Assembly: GCA_964057225.1 (NCBI GenBank)
Contig: OZ059898.1
Span: 6,076,001-6,140,000, forward strand
Direction: 5' to 3'
Length of the DNA stretch: 64,000 nucleotides
Source: Auanema rhodensis
Lineage: Eukaryota; Animalia; Nematoda
Position 1 is the stretch's first letter, and the number at the start of each line of letters is the position of its first letter. The position numbers and the translations under genes are program-made. The notes under the pieces were generated by a model. That model made no database searches. It was given only the letters and a program-made list of their open reading frames with translations, and was not told where the DNA came from. This document shows positions 56,507 through 64,000 of the stretch, piece by piece.

Positions 56507-58110
56507 AAAATATTTGAATTTTTCTAAGAATCTTGCCACTTATGTTTATGATCGGTTTGAGCTTTTGTTTCCATATCTTCTCTTTCATTATTGTCATTTG
56601 GTGCCTATTTTTCACCAATCTTGAACATTTTTTTGAAAGAATCTCCATAAGAAAGAGTTCGGATGATCCCTTCCCCTCGTACACAACAGGTTCATGTTTC
56701 GCATTTTTTTTGAATTAAGTAGGGTTCAATGTATTTTTCAATTATTTTGGAAATGTATTATCTCTATTAGCGTTCATTCATAGACTTATTCCAATTGAAT
56801 TACGACCTCTTACGTGCTGACCTCTTGTACGTGTACCATGATCTTCTTTCTCTTTAATTTTTTTTGATGCACTGAAAATTGAAAGGGAGAATTACATACA
56901 TTCGATTTCGCTTTTCTTTATTCAAATTTTATTTTTAGTAATTTTTGAAAATATATACATATGTATTTTATTTTTTTTTTGTCATGTTTTTCCTACAATC
57001 AAATCATCTATACTCAAAAGTTCTATTAATGTACATTTTTTCATTACCATTCATCTTTTTTAGACAATTAATATCGCTTCTTATGTCTTTAAAATTTGTG
57101 ATAATTTTCTATTCAAACATACTGTGCTTCAAGCTCTCCCTGTTTCGGCGCCTAGTCTCTAGTCCATTATTTCTGAGAACTCATACTTTTCAAGAAATTA
57201 CAAATCGAATTTCAAACTTATATTTGTGAAAGATGCGCAAGTGTTTCCAAAAATATCATAATGCTCCTATCTTTTACAAAACTTCGATAAGTATTGTCTG
57301 TTTTCTTGGATCATCATAATCATATACTCAACATCGAAGTCGTGCCTTCCTGGTTGTCAACTCGAAATTGAGCCTAATCAAGTTTCCACAACATCATGGA
57401 TATTGTAGAATTTCTTTTTTTTGTTTTTTTTCGCTTGTTGCGTTTGTCACAATCAAACTAGCTTTCATTGATAACTCTGGTCGATTTTTGTTTTTATATC
57501 TCTTATTCATTGTAATGAAAAGAGAAACTTATAGAATAAAATATTTTAATGACAATCTGTGTTTATTATAGAAATTATTTCAAAATATGAATTCGAATAA
57601 TTCATAAAAAAAGATGAAACATTGTTTTGAAAATATTGTACAAATTGAATCGATCGTTTCCTCATAAATTCTTTGTGATTTTCAGAAGTAGATATTGTTC
57701 AAAACATATTATATGGCTTAACTATAGGGAATTATCACTAAATCACATACTATCACGTAAACAACATGAAATGAAAACAAAAGACTGTTATGGTAATTCA
57801 ATCAAAGAAATATGGAAATCAAATAGGCATATCTGGGAACTTTGTCATGAATGAACATAGAACACATGTTGGAATAACTGTCTTGAACAATATTTTCTCG
57901 AATTAAAAGTTTATTAAACATATCGAAATATCCTCTGGAAAAATAACCATATATTTTGATTTACATTCATTAGCTCAAATTAAATCTGATTGTTGAAGTG
58001 AACGCCAGTCACAAACAATAAATGACACTATAAGGTGTTTTGCTAACAAAACGACTATATTGGCAACAATATACAATATCAATGAGTATTTACAATGATA
58101 ATTATAGGTT

Positions 58111-60704
58111 CTAATCAAGAACAACTTTTTTTTTAGGAATTAAGCCTGCAGGTAATGATTTAAATTCTTCAAGTTTAGCATTATATAAATATTCATCCAC
58201 CTGAAAAATTATATGTTAACAACTTGTAAATTCTACTGATGCTTACGCTTTCAACAATAGCTATTCTATCCCCTTTGTTAACATATAAATTGGACGGATC
58301 ATTAGTTTGATGATCTTCAATAACAGTAGCCAACTGAAACAGATTGAACACACATAATTATGATTTTCAGCTAAAAAATCGGACCTGCTTAGCCTGATGT
58401 CCCAAGGAAGAAATCGAAGCTAAACCACTTGGGCTCTTTTTCATAGGAGAAGAAGTAAGGAAAGTCATAGGAGCAAGACCAGTCATTCCTTTGCATGTTC
58501 CTCTGATCCAATCTGATCCAACATACTCCAGTATAGCAACTTCATCGCCTAAAATATACACTGACATAAGAAACTTATGAAGAAAAAGAGTACCAGCTTG
58601 AAAAATTAAATCATCAGCTACTCTAGAATCATAATCATAAGCGGCAAACATAACAGTTAAAGGTGCTGTAGGCTGGACGCTAAAAGAGAAAACAAGAGGT
58701 GTATGAGTACAGCTTGAAAATCTTACGAGTATGATGCACTATATGGTACAGCATGTAATGTAGCGCAGCTAACAAAGTTTGCAGGAAAGATTCCTGATCT
58801 TCCATGGAGTTCTCCACGAAGCCAATCAGCATTAACCCATTCAATAAGATTAATCTGGTCATTTGCACGAAACTGAAAGGAAAAAGAAATGAAAACTTGA
58901 TTGGTTTCTGAAACCTGTAAATCCTCAGAAGCTGGAGAAGCATAATCATATAATGCCGTTGCCATATTTTTCGGTTCAGCATATTTAGGATATGAAGGAA
59001 CACTTGAAGGTACACATGAAGACAACGGCACTTTGATATCTAAATAACTGAATGGAATGATGCCATGCTTTCCTGTTCTAGTATTATATCCTGTAAGAAA
59101 ATCCTAAATAACAATGAGAAATAAACCTCACAATACCATAAATCCATTGTGCATCTACTTCACGTTTTAACACAATTAAATCTCCAACTTCGCCGGATAA
59201 CTCATCAAATTGACTACCACTAAACTGATACGAAACAAAAGCATGCGGTCCTGATGAATGGTCTTCATTTCCTTAAATGAATAAAACCATAGTATATTCC
59301 GAAGTGTATCATATTTGATTAAAATAATCATAATATTATTATTTTTCTGTAACACAAGACAACACGAATTCGTACTAGTAGTTTGAGCAGGTTTCGGAGG
59401 AGGCGGCCGACTAGGTGCTGGAGAGATCGAGACTATAGGCTTTGGGGGCGGCTGTGATGATGTAGAATTGGGAGATCTGGTAGACTTGATCTGAGAAGGC
59501 ATGCTAACACCTATACATAACACAACACTAATGTTAGCACAAACAACAAAAATATCAATTAACTCACCAGAAGTATAGTTTGCCGCATTCTTGAGGTGTA
59601 TGTTTTGTAATTCTGAAACTATGGACGAGACACCGACATTTGATGCTGAATGGGACGATGGTGACGGAGTAAATTTGCTGTAAATCTTCCGTATTTTACC
59701 AATTCAACCGTTTTTCTCACTTTGTAGGAATAGGTGGTACAGGTTTGCTGTCATAGTCTTTCGGAGACGGTCGATGTGGTGGTGGAGCTGGTTTACTATC
59801 AAAAGTTTTTTTCGGTGGTGCAGGCTTTTGGCTTTCGCTTAAAAGGTTTAACATCTAAAAGAAGGATTTAGTTCATAAAATTCAAGACTACCAACTTGAT
59901 TCCTAGTTTCCGGATTTTTGGCAGCATTAATAGCAGCATTTCTGATTATTGGATTTTTAGCTGCTGCCATAGCAGCTTTTTGAACTTCAGGCCGTTTGGC
60001 AGCTTCGAAGAAAGCTTTAGCCGCAGATACAGAAAATGCATCTGAAAAACAAATAATGTCAAATTGAAAGCCGAAAAATTAAGAAAAAGTTGTATTGCTC
60101 ATGTTTCACTCTAAAGAATTTGATAAGAAAATCATAAAATGGAGCAATAGTTTAAAAATCAAACCTTACCTGATTTAGACATATCTGCAAATTTTTCGTC
60201 AAATTAAATAAATTTTAATAAATATTTAGTACCCTTCCAAATTCAAAAAAAAAACGGTTTGATATTATTCAATAGAATGAGTCATTTGACGAAGTATATG
60301 CTATGTTCACTGGCAAAAACGAGATATTGATCGTTTTCTGACGGGCCACCCCTTTATGTCTTCAGGCACACCAAAGATGTCCTAATATAATGTTTTAATC
60401 CTACACGCTAAGTGTTCTGATGTTTTAGCGATGAGCTATTTTTAAATAAGTATTTTTTGTTTATTTTATATAATAGTTATGAAATGACGTAGCTACGCTT
60501 ATAATATATCCTTCGAATATCTAAATTTTATCTTTTAGCGCTTCTGTATGATTAATTTTTACTTAAAAGTTAACTGTCATTATGAATATAAAAAAAAGTA
60601 GAAAAATGTAACGAAAACTTACTGGCGTTTTCATCCTGTATATCGGCAGATCTAGTTTCTTTTCTATGTGGAGGTGGTGGAGGAATTGATTGAGAAGCAT
60701 ACAT
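58111..60704 (-). CDS. Pro-rich adaptor with four C-terminal SH3 domains (SH3D19-like architecture)
   Basis: A PxxP-rich N-terminal half is followed by AFVSYQF..DELSGEVGD..WIYG..GIIP; ALYDY..DLQFRAND..DWLRGELHGRSGIFPANFV; AAYDY..DDLIFQAGD..DWIRG..GLAP; and a degenerate fourth SH3 ending AGLIPKKKVVLD*. Confidence 0.85.
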
Positions 60705-61503
60705 TTTCTATCACTAAGAATGATGAATAGTCTATCTTAATGACGACGTTTGATAAGCAAGATATGTTTTATTAAATTAAGGTTCAAAAGATAACGATAT
60801 TAAAAAGTGAAGAAGATTGTATAGCTTGGCACTAGAGTTGCTGCCCTTACCAGCATTTGAATGGAGTCAAACAGTGTTTCGTCTGCAAATAAAACTAACA
60901 CAAAGAATGTTAGAAGCCAAACTTTCAGAATCTTATGTATGCACAGCGTTTTTCACTATATACATTAATATACTTTTGAACATTCTTCTTATTTGTGTTT
61001 TATAGTTAAGTTTGATGAATTTTGTTTCAGTTTTGTAGTTTGTAAAGCGAAGAAGTTTGAATATATGTAGATTTGATTTGCATTTTTTGAATTTCACCTT
61101 GTAAAATAGTTGTGGGTATATACGGGTACGCTTGAACAAATAAAATCGATACCCATCTTTACTGTATGATTCAATATATTTTATTTCGTAAGAAAATATG
61201 TTTGATTTTTTCCAACGATCTGTTCACTTTACGTTGCGAGCTGTTTATAATCGATCACCATCAGATGACACAGGCATAAGAACCTGAGCGCTATTTGGAC
61301 ATATCTTACCATTATCGGCTTTTTCCAGTAATTATAATCGATATATACCCTATTTTGTATTTATGTATTGTATTCTTTGTGGAATTTTTGTTAGCAAATG
61401 AACTTTTTTTTGTTTTTTGTTGTTTGATTGTCTAACATCATTTAAAATTTTTTATCAAAGTAGTACTAGTAATATTGAATTTTACTTTTTCAGTTTACAT
61501 ATT

Positions 61504-64000
61504 ATGACTGCTGTCGAAACATTGGATGAAGAAGAACTCTTGAATGGGTCGGCATTACTTTTGGTTTGTTACTTTTGTTATTAATTTTATAAATTCCTTT
61601 CGTTTAGGACAACTTGGATGAAGACGCTCTTCTGGGACCGATCAGTAGGACAAATACCACAGATTTTGATATAGATAATGCTGAGCAAGAACTTCTAGGG
61701 GAAGTAAGTTAACTTGTGTTGGCCTTATTGTTTTATTCTGCTTACAATCAGATTATATATAATGTTTTAATTTATTGAGAAGCGTTTATTTGATAATTTT
61801 GTGTTAACATTAGAGACACTTTTCTAAAATTGTCTATTTCTATCACTTCTCTCTTATCCAAACCATTTTTATAACAGCCTTTTCTTGTTTTTCGCCCATG
61901 AAGGTGTTTTACCCAGTCATCATGTTTCCCCGTTTGCGAGTGGATTTAATTGGATACACGAGTTTATGATGCAGTTATAGTATTTTTGGCTTTTCAAAGT
62001 CAAAAGTAAAGCTTTCGTTCTCTATTAATTTATTTGTTAGTCCTTCCTCAATGGCTTTTTTATCCCATGTTCTAGGGTTTTCTTTAATTTTATGTATTTG
62101 TTGAATGTTTCTGCTCTGAATGCCTGGCCACTTCCATTCCTTGCACTTCCCATAATCATTGATACGCCTTTGCTGGTCTCTGGAATGTCAGGGCTCTTTT
62201 ACAAGTTTCATTTTTGAAATGTTATTGCTTGCTTTCTCTGAAATGATGACTGTCGGGTAAATCCCGGTGGTTGTATTACATGCGTTTTTTCATATTCAGG
62301 CTTTTCATCAACAATATTGTACTAGGTTGATGGTGCCAATAAACAAATAAAATTATGAGATAAGTATGGGGTTACGTACACTCAGGTAGCATTCGAGAAA
62401 AACATAAAATCCCTCTAAATTCTATATGGGCTTTTTTTGAATTATTCGAAAATATCGGACGTTTTACGAACGAGGATGACTTTATGACTACGTGTCTGTA
62501 GATGTCATGGTCGATTTCATATTCATTATATGTTGGGAACTAAAGATTTCATTTTGCCTACAGGATGCGGTTCAATATGAGGTCCCGACTTGCCCAGATG
62601 CTAGCTTTGACAAGGAAGAATTGGATTATGATGAGGATGAAGATGAAGACAAAGAAGAAAGAGTAGGGCGTTTCACGTCTGAACGAACGAAGGTATACAA
62701 ATCTTGCCATAATTTTTTTTATACTTTTTTAACTTTAAAGCAAGCCACAGCCTCTTCCACTGTTCCAAATAAAGCTAATTCATCTAACCAAACCCACAAA
62801 AAGGGAGATGAAAATAAGAAAAATTGGAACAATAATCGTGGAGGAGCTTTTAACAATAGAGGTCGTTCTAATCAATGGAATAATCGTGGCGGAAGTGTAA
62901 GAGTATCCTTCTAACAAAGTTCTAATTATTCGATATAGATGGGTATGAGAGGTCGCGGTCCCATGATGAATAACTTTGGAGGACCTCCTTCGTTATTAAC
63001 TATGCAAATGGAACCCCCCATTATGCTAAACCAAAATGGTGGTAAAATTTTGATAAATCCTAATTTTGCTGCTCCGTTACACCCCCCACACCCGCAGCCA
63101 TTAGGTAGTACAATTAAGTATTTAGAGTACTAATTTCTTGAATCTTTAGTACGCTTGAATCTACCAGGTGCTCCTCCTATTTCTCTCGGTTCTTCAGCCG
63201 TGCCTAGTATGCCTATTGGTTCTAATTCAGTAGGTCCTATAGTTCCTCGTCTTCCGAATGGGATTCCTTTGGTTCCAAGTAATTATTTATACTTGATAAT
63301 ACGAAAATATTTGTTTTTTTAGTCCCCAACCTGCCTCCTAATCATGGAATGGCTGGGTTTGGAAATAATCTTATAAATAGGCATTATGGGTCTTCCAATT
63401 CCTCAGCCTATTCTGGCGGTTGGGATCAGAAAGTAGAAGAGTTTATCAATAGTGGTCTCCGCAAACCTAAAAGGAGGAGTTCATCTTATAGTAGTAGAAG
63501 TAACTCTAGCTCATATAGTGGAAGGTAAGAGTTGAACCGCTATCTTAAAACATTTGACATTCTTTAAGCTCCAAATCTCGATCCCGGTCTCGCTCCCGGA
63601 GTCGATCTCCTAGAAAGCATCATAGATCAGATAAGAGATACAGACATGAAAAGGATAGTAGAAGGAATGGAGAAAGAAACCTTAGAGGAAGAAGAGGAGG
63701 AAGAGGAGGACCCGGAAGCCGCAGATATGATCGATCGGACCGATCCAGAAAAGACGAAAGAGGAGAGGTATTCGAATATTATGGAGACTTATTTTTGAAT
63801 CAACTATATTTAATAGGTAGCTGCTGAATGCGCCAAAGTTGTTGGGGTAGACAAGGATTATCTTACCAAGGTGGAGGAACAAAAGCGATTGAGGGAAGAA
63901 ATGCTTCGAATGAAAGAACAGCGAAGACACGGTGCTGATGAAAAGCCCAGAGCAGAGATATCTGAAGGGAAGGTAATGAAGCAGGAATTATCCGGATAGT
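61504..64000 (+). CDS. RBM33: RBM33-like RNA-binding protein, 5' part; continues beyond the right edge of the window
   Basis: Acidic LDEEELL/LDEDALLG motifs, GRFTSER, KILINPNF, an RS-rich block and YLTKVEEQKRLREEMLRMKEQRR. These match my recall of the RBM33 motifs RFKTER, IHINPHF and EEQKRLREEIL. Confidence 0.75.

Noticed and set aside
61549-61607. Possible additional GC donor in the first intron of the RBM33-like gene
   Set aside because: A canonical in-frame GT donor 12 nt downstream gives a typical 44-nt intron, so GC is not required.
62243-62340. ATGATGA box-C-like motif suggesting an intronic C/D snoRNA
   Set aside because: No CTGA box D or terminal stem at a suitable distance.

Overview
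AT-rich eukaryotic DNA from a nematode, most likely a compact-genome rhabditid: the proteins are close to C. elegans families and most introns are about 40-55 nt. Splicing the exons by hand gives 14 protein-coding genes: the 5' part of the serotonin receptor ser-4 (-), a 16.7 kb gene-free stretch, a secreted multi-ShKT protein (-) missing from the ORF track, a Gly/Cys/Tyr-repeat ground-like (GRL) protein (+), fipp-1 (-), vps-36 (-), mfsd-6 (-), ornithine aminotransferase (+), a CDR/FAX-like protein (+), dnpp-1 (+), an unidentified membrane protein (-), rpt-6 (+), UBL3 (+), a 4xSH3 protein (-) and the 5' part of an RBM33-like gene (+). The most striking signal is in the splice sites. Two conserved genes each need an intron that contains no AG and ends in GG (GT-GG, 45 and 47 nt). 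Two other introns use weak GC donors (both 45 nt), and at least 15 acceptors are AAG. This suggests relaxed, possibly length-guided intron recognition. A non-coding island downstream of rpt-6 can form several stems with G-U pairs on the + strand and is a candidate structured RNA. I recognised no tRNA, rRNA, CRISPR array or intact transposon. All exon boundaries and family assignments come from manual reading and recalled motifs, not from database searches.
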